DNA from: Vermamoeba vermiformis | Lineage: Eukaryota | NCBI GenBank assembly: GCA_045837725.1 | Contig: JBEWZL010000171.1 | Span: 1-39,395, forward strand | Length of the DNA stretch: 39,395 nt | Direction of reading: 5' to 3' | In this document: positions 1-13,500 of the stretch, piece by piece | Layout: each line of letters opens with the position of its first letter | Numbering within the stretch: the first letter of the stretch is position 1 | The notes under the pieces: model-generated | Told to the model about the DNA's origin: nothing | The model's input: the letters and a program-made list of their open reading frames with translations, nothing else | The model's database searches: none | Made by a program: the position numbers and the translations under genes

Positions 1-385
1 TATTTATGTGTATAGTGAATTGTATATTTTATTTACAGAATAAATACAAACTACTACATTTTATGTAATAGAGTTAAGTATCGTACAAGATTACAATTTT
101 ACAATGCAAAATATTTCAAATCTAAATTGTTTGAATTTTCTTTGGTGCTCGCTTACAACTTCAATTTAACCTAAAGTAATGCAATAATTATTAGAATTAT
201 TCGGACACAATAATTGTTAACATGCATGTAAATCTTGTTCACTACTGGAATCCGATGTCACTTTTTGCTGAAAAAACCTAATAGTTATATGATTAGCAAG
301 TAAAATTAACATTTATTTGCTTGTTGTTGTTTACATATTTAATTATACAAGTAAAATGTCCATTTTGGTTCACGATAAAATTTAT

Positions 386-407
386 ATTTTCTGTCGCGAC
401 AGAAAAT
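386..407. repeat. Perfect 22-bp palindrome ATTTTCTGTCGCGACAGAAAAT
   Basis: The sequence equals its own reverse complement and has a GC core inside an otherwise very AT-rich stretch. Confidence 0.9.
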
Positions 408-469
408 GTCAAATCAATCACTTGCGTACTATAAATAAATAACATTTAAAGTAGAACTAATAAGTCAAT

Positions 470-2045
470 CATGGTCTTATATATCAATAATTCGTATCAT
501 TTCTTCTTTATTGGAAAAGTGAAGTGCAATCCAGGATCTGGTCAGTCGAATGTACGTTCACATAGTGTCCCCACTACGGTAAGCTAATTTGTTGATATCA
601 AAATCAGATTATTGTTGCACGGGTATTGGCAAGCTTTGTTTCAATCTCTCGATACATTCTGGTGCGCTTTGTCAGACTCTATAATCTGCTACGCACAATA
701 ATCTCTCAGATATAACTGTCTCTCAGCGATAAAAATTCTCAAGGAGATCTCATTTGAGATCACTCATGAGATGTGAAATCTCTTGGAGGAATCGGGCCCC
801 AACTATGATAGTGTTGTTAAATAAACGAGATGTAATTCTGTCTAGACAGTTAATGTCAAGTAGACTGTCCATGGAGCCTGCAACTGGCTTAAAATGATTT
901 TTATCTTCTTTTGAATTATAGGCTGGCAGATAAGTTCCCACAACTAGCCAAAACAAATTGATATCTGAACTGAGCATGGCAGAGTGACCAGAGCCAGTTG
1001 CACACAAGAGTTGATAGATGTTGTCAACATCACCTGTTCTTGTGCGTCGACTGAAGACCTGCACTCCAAGTGTTAAGCAGAACCTCAACATTAACAGTAC
1101 TTACTTGACATTCATCAATGCCAAATACAACTGTTCTTTTGCTATGAAGTCCATCTTCAGGAAAAGGCAAAACACTGTCTGGGAGTTCTTCTTGGTCAAT
1201 AAGACCGTTGAACAGATGAAGATATTCGGTGTAGATTATGTGAGGCACTCCTTCATTTGAGTCTAGCCACTCTTTTGTTATTTTGATCTGTTGGCCTTGA
1301 TGAACAATTGTCTTGTTTTTGAATCGTGCTTCGATGTTGGTTCTAATGAAGTTTGCAAGTACTAGGGAGAATTGGCTCATTAAGGTCTTGAAACAATTTT
1401 GAAACTTACTGCTGTATGCATTCCAACACTGTGCCTGTGTAAAGAATGATTCGCTGTCTGTACACTGTGTCGACTAAGGAGTTGATGAATTGCCGTCGTG
1501 TTTTCTTTGCAGCACTTGTCAAGTCATCAGGAGTAAGAGTTGCGTCAGTCACAACAGCTCCCTTGTCATTCAAAAACGAGTGCAGCACTGATTCGTTATT
1601 CAGTGCCTGACAAATCCATTCCACCAGCAGACGAGTCTTGCCGCTTCCTTTTCCCATAATTTGCATTGCGTACTTTGGTTTTGTCGAAGCCATGTTGTCA
1701 TACGCGGCGTTCAAAAGTTGCAGTAAAATTGTTTCGCGGTTTAGAAACGCAGCGGGGATATATTTGTCATCTCGAGCGAGGTACCACCTTCCTGAGTTGA
1801 CCGTAATATTGCCAAAATTGTCGGGCAACGGAAGCTTGATGCTTTTTCCATTGATGTTCACCAAGAACGCGTTTTTTGATAGCACGTGGGAAGATTTGGG
1901 TCCTTGGACAGCTCGTTTGGGTCTAATATTTTGTTTAGTCACGGAGCTGGGCGTTAGCTCAGTTTTGAGTTCACGTGTTAGCTTTGGAGCGTAGTTTTTT
2001 CGAGCTTTTTGCACAGGCGTTTTTGGTGACTTGGCTGTAGCGTAG
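470..2045 (-). pseudogene. Degraded P-loop NTPase gene (Crinkler/CR-NTPase-like), with multiple frameshifts and stops
   Basis: Walker A (MGKGSGKT) is in ORF 1406-2014, Walker B (VVFGIDECQ) in ORF 1030-1380 and a sensor-like LFWLVVGT in ORF 750-1091. The motifs are in the right order but in different frames, with no normal-sized intron joining them. There are in-frame stops below 750. Confidence 0.6.
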
Positions 2046-2318
2046 CTATAAAGGCCTAAATCAATCTTCGGTCAGAGGTGTACGTTAAATTAAGCGAAAT
2101 AATTTACAAGGTGCTATACCGCGATAATCGCTTGTTGTTTTGTTGTGGAAAAATGCAAACGAAATTAAATATTTCTTGTCTCACGAATTAGCATTTTATA
2201 TTATGCAGGAAGTATTGGAATAATTATAATAATTATTTTTCGTATTTTTAATTACCGTAAATGTTGCGAGACGCAGCAGGACGTAAATCTAACTTTGTGG
2301 ATTTGGGTACCCGAAGAC

Positions 2319-2332
2319 CGTTGACGTCAACG
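2319..2332. promoter_or_regulatory. 14-bp palindrome CGTTGACGTCAACG containing the CRE/ATF-type core TGACGTCA, in a divergent intergenic region
   Basis: Seen directly, ~155 bp upstream of the F-box ATG at 2487. Function is inferred only. Confidence 0.3.
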
Positions 2333-2486
2333 ATACGCTTCAGCCGCCTTGCACTTTGAAAAGTTGTTGCAAGCATTGATCGGTCTCATGGTCTGCTTTA
2401 GGTGAAAAAAATTAAAATTGAACCGCTCGTGTTTCATTATTTTTTAAGTTCAGCCAATTTTATTACAACAAAGCGTTGAGCTAATA

Positions 2487-3865
2487 ATGTCTTTATTGGA
2501 TTTGCCATTCGAATTGCTATTAACGTTGGTCGATTGGCTCAACGAAGCCGACATCTGTCAGTTTGGCGGCATCTCAAAAGCTTGTCATCACATGGCGCAT
2601 TCATCGGTTATTTGGAAGCCCAGATTTATGCAGCGATGGGCTCGTGCAGTTCCAGCCGATTTGAAGGACGAATTTGCGAGTGAAACGGGTCCCATCCGAA
2701 ATGAAAAATTATGGCGCGAGCAATATATTAAGAAATATTTATTTATAAAGCCATTTGAAGAATATTTTCAATCAGGAATTAGAGATTTACAATCAGCATT
2801 AAAAGAACCTGTAACCGGAAACGGATTTAAATGGATTTCGGTAGATACTCCTCAAAACGAAATGTAAGACTTAAAAATAATAATTTTTTAAATAGTTTTA
2901 ACAGAGTGATTGAAATTCAGAAGTTGCGTGTCGCTGTAAAATAGATCTGATTTCTGTTTTCGCTTTTTTGCACAGTACAATTGTAACTAGTCTAATTTGA
3001 CCATGTATTTATTATAAATACTCACTATATTATATTGACGATGTTTTAATTGTTCCAGATTTCAAGGCTTGCAAATTCAAAAACGCGTACCGTTCGACGC
3101 GCACAAAAGGATCTCAATGCGTATTTCAAAAGTGATGAAAATACCATTTGACGACCTGGTATGTATTGCACTATAAATAATGGTGCTTAACAGCCACTAA
3201 TTATAATTACAGCGGCAAATAGTTCCGGATCCAGTCAAGCGAGAAGAATGGGATGAAGTTTATATTGTTGGTAGGCTCTAATTAGACGCTTAGTTTATAT
3301 ATTAATATTAATTATATTTAAGGCAAGCAAATCTACGAGTTGGACGATTTTCATGACGTTGTTTACTTGATCTTCGAAGGCGCCAGTTTTATTTTGAGCA
3401 GGGCGCATATTTTAAATGTCGAAAAAGGACTCCGCCGATATTCAATGACTGAACAATCTATTCCGAGCAGTTTGATCTCCGAAAAGGATTTAACTGAAGT
3501 TCTCGAGTTACTGGAGGCGAGCGATTTCGGTAATTTGCTTAAAAAATCGATAAAAAGGCAATAATACTCATATTTACCTTTTATAGATGGTATTGAACTT
3601 AATGTAAGCGGAGGATGGGAATTAGAAGAGCTAGATCCGACCACTACAAAAGTAGGCAAAAAAATTTATTTACGTATGAGCGGGTACTAATAGGGCTATG
3701 TAGGTGAGTTATATCGTTAGATTGCTACCAGAGACAGAATTCACCGCTGATTTGATGTTTGATGCGCTGTGCCTTCAAAGAGCTCGCTGTTTACTCGCGA
3801 TCGACGAGCGAATCCACCACTACAAGAAGTTACACGAAGAAGAAATGCAACAATATGTCAATTAA
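2487..3865 (+). CDS. F-box protein 1 (N-terminal F-box, unknown C-terminal domain), about 8 exons
   Basis: F-box motif LLDLPFELLLTLVDWL..DICQFGGISKACHHM..SSVIWK. GT-AG splicing keeps the frame open to ...EEEMQQYVN* at 3865. The small exons near 2905-3004 are uncertain. Confidence 0.75.
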
Positions 3866-4261
3866 GCAGAACATATAATCGTACTCTATCGTTATACGGG
3901 GAAGTCCTCTTGCCACGACGCCACATTTAATGTTGGATCTGCAAGTTCAAATGATCAGACTCGACAGTCCAACCAACTGTGGCCCTCAATATGATATTTA
4001 TCTGAATTTTATTCGCAATTTTGGCAAATGGAACGATCGTTATGTCGGTTCATTGCTTCGGTTTGCAATAAGTGACGCGTGTCATTGGAACGTCCGGCTG
4101 TAATCCAATAAAAATATTTCCGTAAGACTTGGCGATGCAATATGGCGTAATTATGAATTGATATGATTAAGGTATAGTGCAAAAATATTGTGCGCCTTTT
4201 TTTCAAGAGGCAAGTTTAAAAACTCTTGCAAGCGTCGTTAGATCAGCACAACAGCCCCTTA

Positions 4262-6592
4262 ATGGACCTCTTTCCGAAGGTAAATGAATAGCAATAATAA
4301 ATAATATTATTAAGCGATTGTATTACAGCATAGCGAGCTACAACGGGCTGTAAAGCGGGGTAAGTGTGATAAACAATCCGATAAACGTCATTCAACTAAT
4401 TTATAATTACTACGATTAATCTTAAATATATTTAGGAGATGCAAATATAGTTAAAGTGTTACTTGACGAATTAACTGAGTGGGCCAAAAATTTAAATCTG
4501 GATCGGTCGTTGCTTTATGTCGACTACATTGCACGTGCCATCGATTACAAAAATATTGGCATATTGTTAATAATACTAAGAACCATCAAGCTACAGTTGA
4601 ATAATAATTGCGGGGCACATCTGTTTTTTACGCCTTCGGATCTCAGTTACAACTTTGTTGAGCGTGTAAGTTTACTTTTAGCTTCTTAAAGGCATATAAT
4701 AATTTATTAGGCATTATCAAGCGAAAATTGGGATTGTGCGAAGCTATTGGTGTATTTTAGTCAGAATTTCAAGCAAAAGAACATTTTAGCGACTTTGGAT
4801 CGACTTTTAAACGCACCAAAAGTCGATATAACGCCATCAAACGAAGACTGGTATAAATATCTAGGTTAGATTGTAAAAATAGGAATTCTATTTGCCATTC
4901 TAACCCATTTTCTCGAGCAGATGCGATGGTTCAAAAACGAAAAAAATCCAACGTGGATTTATCGACTCCTCTAGACAGGTACACATTGAGAGAATGGAGG
5001 CAAAGAGTTTTTGTTGCAGAAATATTCAGACTATATATCAAAGCGTATCAACAAGGCATTTTAACGTTCAAACTGATGCAATGCAAACTTCAATCAGCCT
5101 ACGCATTCCTTTACAAAATAGAAAATGAATCAAACGAGTATTTGGATCCAAAACATAATCGAGTCTATTATGGACTTCCAAAAAAGGAAGTGAATAAGAT
5201 AAAATGCGTGGGACCGATCGGTGACACGTGTTTTCCGATCGATGCGCTACCATCAGATCTGCTCAACTTGCTGCTCAAAGAATTGATGCCACGCGATATA
5301 ATAGCATTGTGCTTCGTTAGCAAAGGCACTCTGAAGGCATTGGATCATATGGACGGTCATTACCATATTTGGAAGTCGTTGTATTCGAGTCAAAAGTATC
5401 ACGTTTTCGACGAGGAAAATTCGCAAAAAATCGATTGGAGAAGACTTGTCGTCAAAGAGGATAGGTATGTATACTAAAATAATCTATGCGTATATAAATT
5501 TTTAATATCGCTCATTTAGGATACGTTCTAATTGGTCGAAAGGAAAATATGAAGTAAATTATTTGACAGGTGTAAACCGTCAAGCGAATATTTTTCTTTC
5601 AAACGAAGATTGGATGCTGTTTAAACCAGACGCCACGACCAAGGCTAACAATATGATGCTATGGAACTGCGAGGAACTGCGGATGTGGTCAATTTATTCA
5701 GGAGTGCCCAACGCAAAGAGTGCAGTGTTTGTCGATGAAGGAGCATATAACAAACCACCTATAATATCTGTTAGTATTGGTCTTCCGGACCAGATAGTGA
5801 TGTTGAAAGATCAAGAACAAATTTCGATGCAGATCCGACTTCCACCAACAAGCGCTAACGGCCTGGAGGATATATTCTGTTGTGCCAATAATAAGATATA
5901 TAGCCGTAAGTAGCGTTGCAACGAATTACGAACTTATTCAGTCACTTTGGCCGAATTAAAAATTCGCAGAATTCTTATCAAGACAACGTTAAATTCTAAT
6001 CGTACTATTGATCGTTATAGAGTATGGATACATGGATATCGAGTCTGAAGTATTCGTAGACGTACTTAAGACTTTGAACTTACTGAAGATAAAAAACAAT
6101 ATGTTCAACGAACAGATCATGTACGGTCTAGATGAAAACCAGGTTTGGCTGTTAATGGACAATAGAGACAATATGAATGTTGTTCAACGGATAGAAGTGG
6201 ATGGCGATGTAACATTTGTGGACGAACACCTCTTCTTGTGCAACCTAACGGATGTGCGACGATCTCCAAAAATCACGTTATATGACATTAGAATGCCAGA
6301 TTATAATACATTCATTGCCGAAGTTTCACATGTAATTTATATATCCATAATATTATATTCTAATATGAGCTAATTGTTGGATCAGACCAGCCACGAACCA
6401 AAACCATTAAACTTGAGTATCAAGAACTATCGCTTGGCTCTTGAGCATAACATGAACGTTGGCATATATAGATCAAATACACTCGAAATGGAAGGCAAAT
6501 GGCTTTACGAAGAGGGTTTGGATGCTATCAATGGCCGCTACGCGATCGCATCTGCTGACGGAAGAACTGCAGCACTCGATTTTGCGTTTTAA
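4262..6592 (+). CDS. F-box protein 2: N-terminal ankyrin-like repeats, internal F-box, beta-rich (propeller-like) C-terminus
   Basis: The spliced start MDLFPK|HSELQRAVKRG|DANIVKVLLD is ankyrin-like, as is ALSSENWDCAKLLV. Intron 4865-4920 joins in frame to ORF 4926, which carries the F-box IDALPSDLLNLLLKELMPRDIIALCFVSK...IWK. It ends ...RTAALDFAF*. Confidence 0.75.
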
Positions 6593-6646
6593 TAATTATT
6601 TGTTACATAAAATTCAGTTCGTTAATTACTTATATTGTTATGATAA

Positions 6647-9600
6647 TTATTTGTTGTCTAGATTCAAAAAGAACGCAAAAGACTTGTTGCTCTTGTCGAC
6701 CAATTCGTTCAATTCCGTGCAAGTGGTATCAAATTGATTGCTTTTCAATGCCTCCTCGATCAATGCACCATATTTAGCTTGTCTCATTAAGGCCTTTAGA
6801 TGGCGCGACTTATCTTCGTCCGATTCGTTGTGCAGATCCAATTGGAGTTTGATCTGGTTAAATTTTTCTATGGCCTTATTAACCAAGCAACATGACAGCA
6901 AAATGATCAATTTGTTCAATAATTTGATCATGTAATTGTCCGTAGATTTCTTTCTAAGTTCCAGACACATCGTTCGCGTTTCTGTTATAAAAGACTCAAT
7001 AAGGTAAAATCAAATAATACCACTTCAATAAAATTAATATTATTAATATCATACCTTCCAATGAATACTTTCGGTCTTGCTCGACCTTTGTTCGGAAGCA
7101 CTACAAAAAATTAAAAACATTAGTTTGCAAGTAAATTTCATCAAATAATTTCATACGTTAGTGAAACGGATGCCAAATCTTGCGGCGATAATCACATATG
7201 TTTTTAAAGCTATTTCACCGTCGCCGAAAGCCTCGATCCAAGCAGCAAATCCGTAAAGGGTAGTTTGCACTCTGCTCAATGTCTTATAAGCTAATGAGGG
7301 TCTAGTTACGATCAATGTGTCGATTAATATGGGGACCTAGTGAAAGCAGTATTTTTTAGAAGAATTCGTTAAAAGTTAGAGTTGACGGCGTACGCGATCC
7401 GTTGGCCAACTGCCCAATTCTCTGAATATGCTTGCCAGAATACTTGGGGTAACTTTGGAGTTCATCATTACCGAAGCGAATAGCTAATATATAAGAACGT
7501 AAGTGATTCATTAAAGTATATTTTGAGGTGCCTTACATTCTCGGTGAGGCTCTGAACGCCCTCCAAAAATATATCTGACTTCAATACTCCTCTCTCCTCA
7601 CAGTCAAGGGATAGCGCTTGTAGATATCTGCTTGCCATTCTGATGCTATATTCTTCGCTCGCAACGGGAACGAAATTCTCCGAAAAGAATTCTCCGATCG
7701 GCTTGTAGCACGAATCTGTACTCCTCAATTTGGTAAAAAAGCTTGCTATTCCTGTGCAAGCATGCATAGTCTCGTACAGATATGGATCAAATTTTCGCTT
7801 CATCTGTTTGGCCAGTTTAATCAAGACCACTATTCCAGGAACAAAAATCGCAACGTTATCGTGGACTTCCTGTGCTATGATTAGATGTATCCAATTAATT
7901 ATGTGACGTACTTGTTGTAGACTGCCCCAATCTACGGCTTCGTCTGTATTTTGGTTTAACGGAATCAGATCCTTGTTCGCTTGAAAGCTTCTGACTTGAA
8001 GAACTCTTTCTATTACTTCTTGATCAGTCTTGGAACGATTTCTGACTGCATTTTCGAGCAATAGAATATTTTCTTGACTATATTCGTGCTTGTTGTCGTT
8101 GTCAAGCGTATCCAATAAAGATGCTTCGGATCCATAACTTATCATTTCGTCCGAAAACATGCTTAGTATCCCCTCTATAAAATTCCCCCACATAGTCAAA
8201 TTCTCATCTTTGTCACAAGGAAAGACTTGGTTGACCATCGGGAAATAATTGAATATGAGATCTGCGGTGTTGAAATCTAAATGCATCACAGCATTCAAAA
8301 TCTCCTTGAATTCTGTAGACAACTCTTCTCCATTTTGAGGCTCAACTGAAGAAGTGTTAAATCAATAATATTTGCGAGATCTTGCAAGGTCTTACTGAGC
8401 GTCAGATATTTGTGAACGAGTGTTTGAGGGGCAAATTTGTCGTCTTTTTTCTTGACAATGTTCCAATATCCTCGATTCAGTAATATCGTTTTGTAAAGTG
8501 GCACGTACTAATTGAAATAATCGTATAAAAGAAGTTAATTACGAACTCTAAAATTTGTTATTTGTACGTACTTTATCCATTCTACCTCCAAAAGCCATTC
8601 GCAGCTTCCTTAAACTGTTGTTGCTAACGAAATACAAATCATCAGCGTTTTCCAATTGCTTGATTCTGTTCAACCAATCCAACTGCTTGTCATCGATCAC
8701 GTGACTCGTATCCTTTGAGATTGCGTAGCATATGTATTCTGGTACGACGCCCATATCAGTCTCGCGTTGTATGGCCAATTCAACTATTGTTCGAGTTTGT
8801 TCCGCCGTTAATTTGTGATCTTTTTTGACTAAATTCCAAAGCAATTCAAAACTCCGTTGAACGACATTTTGCTCTGTTGATTTCATGCCTTCAATTAACA
8901 AGCTAAATAAAGAAATTAGATACGATGGCATGCTAATAATTGAGACTGGGCGTCGCAAATGTTACGTGTTCGAGGTTCAAAAACTGGTTTGGTGGATCCA
9001 CCTTACTTTACAGATCGGTGAATGTAATCTGGAATCATTGGGAATCCAGTCACAAGCAGAGCACTGAGCGCATTTTCCCGTACAGAAGCCGTTGAATTAC
9101 TGTTGTAAAACATTTCCGAAGCCAAGGCGTACACTACGTCGTGGAAATCTGAAAACAAATTATAAATACACGCTGTTAAAATTCATTCTTGAACGCAAAA
9201 TTTACGTACCTAAGTATCCTTTTTCGTTTTGTTTCCTATTCTGTCTGAGTGAAAGATATTAAGGACTAGATCCGTCGGACTGTTTGTGGGACACTTACTT
9301 TTCGAAAGCTAAAGGAAACAACGTACGCATGACCACGATAGCTTCGGGATCATCTTGGCCTTCATTGATCATATGTGCAATGACTTCTTTGAGCACTTGT
9401 TGTACACGCGGATTGAAATCGTGAATGGAATAACAGAACACGTGCAGAAGCGAAAATGCGCTTTTCTTAGCGTTATCATCTCCCTTTTCTGAGGTTGACT
9501 TGCCTAGCCTCCAAAAGGCCTCTAGCATTCTGTCATAGAAATATCAAGTCAGTCGTAAGACCATTTCAGAAGATGATCCGCTGGAAGTGTTAATCATGGA

Positions 9601-10406
9601 TACCTGTGTTCATAATTGATATGATACTTATCGATTCTTCATATGATAGTCATACCTTACTGGAGAGTCAACGACAAAAACGTGCATCCACGAGTCAACT
9701 TTGCTTGTTAACTGGTACCAAAGCTTTTTGTTGGGATTAGTCAGGACCATTTCAATAAGATCCAGTAACAAATAAATCGCGATATTCATTTCTCTGTCAT
9801 ATCCGGTTTCTCCTGGTGGTAAGACTTCTGTCAAAAACTCCGCCAAGTTAAATGTATGCAGATCCAGTTCGACGGATTCGTTAAGAGGTTCTTCGACACC
9901 CACGTTGTTTGTTATCCATTCTATCTTCTCTCTATTGCTAGATTAACTTAATTGCTGCTAGCTCTCTAATTTATACCTGATTATGTAGTATCGCGGCCAA
10001 TCAATTTTAGTCCGCCCGTTGGAACCTGAAAGCGGTGCGTTAGATAATTGAGCATTAAAAAATATACATATTTACCAGTAACGGTAGGGAAAAAGTAGCG
10101 GTTCTTGTCGTAGTTCAACACGCCAGTCGTGTTTGCTGAAGCTTCAATTTTGTTCGGCGCAATGTCGTCGCCCCATTTTTTCAAACTACGCAATTTCCAG
10201 AATATTGGCTGCTTAATGATATTTCTCCATGAAGAGCAAACTAATTGAATTTGACCTGATATTCAATTGATTAATTTTCGAATAAAATCTTAATTAATTA
10301 TATTCACCCAAAAATAATAATGGTAGTACATACTATAATTATCATCGAGGTGCAATAAAATATTTTGCCATAAATCAAGAGAGATCTTAGGTGTTGCGTC
10401 CCCCAT
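6647..10406 (-). CDS. F-box protein 3: N-terminal F-box plus long helical (ARM/HEAT-like) region, multi-exon
   Basis: ATG at 10406 gives MGDATPKISLDLWQNILLHLDD, which splices to QIQLVCSSWRNIIKQPIFWK (F-box). The downstream ORFs 9981, 9628, 9295, 8548, 8295, 7468 and 6647 are leucine-rich and helical, and the junctions I checked join by GT-AG introns. Confidence 0.65.
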
Positions 10407-10564
10407 CCGCAGTCAAATCAATTTGCGAATCTGTGCTTCTCCTATAGTGTGTACATGCAACGAAAGAAGAAGTTGGCTGACTGACGGGACGTGAACAACC
10501 CTGGAACAAATCACACATTTAATAGCTAATTATTTTATTTCACAAATCCTCGTCAAAGTATCTC

Positions 10565-13500
10565 CTATTTTTGTTTTATCCTATCAGCAATGAATTGATC
10601 AATTTTGTTCTTCAATTCAACGTCACTTTGCAACATATCCACAGTCAAGTGCGAACGATTGAACGGGTCATTTTGATCGGACAACAAGTGACGCGTTATA
10701 GTCTTGCGGTCCACGGTGACCTTGCTCGAAGGAAGAATAACCGGATCTCGCATCAAAGTTGACATGATCGGATCTATTCAAAAGGGTTAGATTGACTTGT
10801 ATAGGCATGTGAATAACGTACCAAGGAACTCGTTGGGAATGTCGCCCAATTGATCTTCAATGAAACTCTCGCGCTGAGCTTGTTGTTGGACTTGATCGAT
10901 GAAGTGTTGGAACTTGGCGACAACGTCCTATTAAGAGGTTAGTTAGATTATTATTATATTAATTATATTATTATTATTATATCAATAGGTGAATAAGGCA
11001 CTCTAATGTTCGTGAGACTGTCTTACCTCGCCGACCAATCGTTCGCGTTGAAGAATCATGGTCGTTTTCATGAAGACCTCGTGATTGTACGAACGAGCAT
11101 CGCTGGCAACTGCCGCGGCGAATTGCTCTTGCGTTGAAAAGTGCAAATAGATGGCAACGATTTTACGCAGCAACCATTTAGGATCAAAGTTGTACTTCTC
11201 AGGGTTTCTGACTTTGAGTTCAGCGCATTTAGGACCGACCAATTGGACCAAGAAGTAGTTCAACAACGAGGCCACACGTTCGGGCTACAATCGAAGGCAT
11301 ATTAGTTCGCGTCATTTTGACAAGTGTTTTGGACTTACCAAGTCAGTGTTATTGAAGAAGTACGAGGCACAATCACGAGCCAAGTAGTGGAACATGCGCA
11401 TGGTCTCGTGAGCCAGCAACAAATACGTTCGAACGATGCGCTCTGAACGCAAGTGCTCTTGTTCCAACTCTGCTCGTTCGTTCTAGCCACGAGTCTTAGC
11501 AAGGTAACTAAGATGCGGATTAAGGTACTTACGACATTGTAGCGCGTGACCCAGTCTGGCGAGCTCATCTCCAGTTGGGTGCTGCGGATCTTGGCAAGCT
11601 TGGCCAGTGACTCGTCCAATAAATAGATCGAGTCGTTAATTAACATATTTACAAATCCTAAGAAGCTTTGCGTGTTTTGAGCCTCTCTTTTGAATGCCTC
11701 GCGATGCATCGGGAATTTCCACAAATACTTCATCACCAGCGAGATCGAGTATCTCACGTTGAATTTGTCGTAGAATTGTGTGCTCGCTAATTAATAATTA
11801 TTACGTGCCATGTGAAGTAGCGTTGTAAATATACGTACCACCCGTGTGCTCGACTTCGACGTAAAATTGCATCAGTGCAGGGGTCAAGTATCTTTGGGCA
11901 AGAGGATTGCGTTCGAAAATATTGTATCGCAAAACTTTGCCGAAATTCTTGGGCGTGAGACCGACCATGACATCGACTAACTTGGCACGCATGTACGGAT
12001 TCTTGACGTAGGGAGGACTGCTCATGAAGACGGTGATAAATGTCATCATGTCATCGAGTGGCACGTTCTCCATAAAGTCAGGGATGAACCTACAAACCTG
12101 TTAAATCTCCGAATAGACGCAAAGTATTGCCGTTGGTACGTACTGATTGGCAAACTGGAAGAACTCGGCAATATCTTCTACGAAGTGCTCGGGCAACATA
12201 GCGAAGGGCAATGGCGGCGGGGACGGCAAGGGCAACTTGAGTTCGTTCAAGGCATTATCGTGCTGAAAAGTATTAGATTTACGAAAAAACAATGAAAATA
12301 GTGTTACTTACAATGCCTGCAGCGTTCTTAACGAGCCAAATAGCCAACAAGTTGTAAAAACGAACGGTGTTGGCGATGAGTGCTTGATCAACCAAATGAG
12401 CTTGGAAACACAGCTTGTATTGCGCAATCTTTTCTAGTTTTGATGAAATTTCGAGAAGAGCTGCTTCGTTCTCTTGGGCTTGCGGAGACTAAAAGATACA
12501 TAAGTAACTGTTGTAATTATATATAAAACGTCAACGTACCATGATCCATTGCGGTCGGCTCTCGGTCAAGTTTTTAAAAGCTTGTCTGTGCTCGTTCAAT
12601 TTTCTGACTTGGTTTTCGTATCTTGGCAATGCACGCAACATTCCAAAGTGCAAACTTCGAACGCCAAAGTAGAAACACTCCGTGATGAAATTGATCGGGT
12701 TCTCAACGTCCGTCATTTGGTTTTGAAGCTCGGCAAGTCTCCTCTTGGTGCCCTCTTTAGTCTCTTCTAAATTTAGTGCCAAGCGAGTTTCATCGTTGAT
12801 TGTCAAACGCTTGGTCTTAGTAAAGTAATCAATATCAATGGTGGCGAGTTTAGGTCCGTAAGGGTCCATAAATGGCTCGGCCAAGTTAAGCAGCACAGCG
12901 GACACATTCAACATGAATCCATCGCTCGCAATCACTAACGTATCCATTTGCATCTTGCCGCGCTCTTTGTTTCGCTCCACAACAGCGGCAAACCAGTCCA
13001 ACATGCGTTCGCGGCCTTCTTTGCTGGACTTCAAAATAGCCATCACGATTTCATAAGCACCGCGCTACAACAACAACGTTAATATATCTGCACTTTTCTT
13101 ATTTGTTTTAGCGTACCTGTGCTGAGTGCAATCGAGTGCGAATGTCGACAAGAGTGGCTTGTTCGGCACTTTGACTCTTGGTCGATTCAGGTGGGAAATA
13201 TTTAGCCCCAATAGTTGGCTAACATGCCACGTTAGACTGTTGTACAAAAGAGTGCAAATGAATAAACTTACTGAATCGGGGAATGAACTAGGTCTGAAGA
13301 AACTTCCTAAAATGGAATTGACTTCCATTTCTTTGCCGGTCTTCCTTCGCATAGGAATCCAGTTGTCAAGTGACACGAGCTAAAAATAACCTTTAGTAAT
13401 GTCTCACAATACAGGGCACAACAAAAGCACTTACCACTTGAACGAGTGTCTTGTTCTTAATTAACAACGCAAAGGCCTAATAAAAGAAATTAGGCACAGT

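Noticed and set aside
2487-6592. A single gene with two F-boxes
   Set aside because: Gene 1 has a clean stop at 3865 and a separate spliced start exists at 4262.
3346-9148. Identical peptide DFHDVVY in F-box genes 1 (3346-3366) and 3 (9129-9148)
   Set aside because: The similarity does not extend beyond the heptapeptide, so I treat it as coincidence.
10948-10982. (TTA)n-like tract
   Set aside because: Ordinary low-complexity intron sequence within UFD2.
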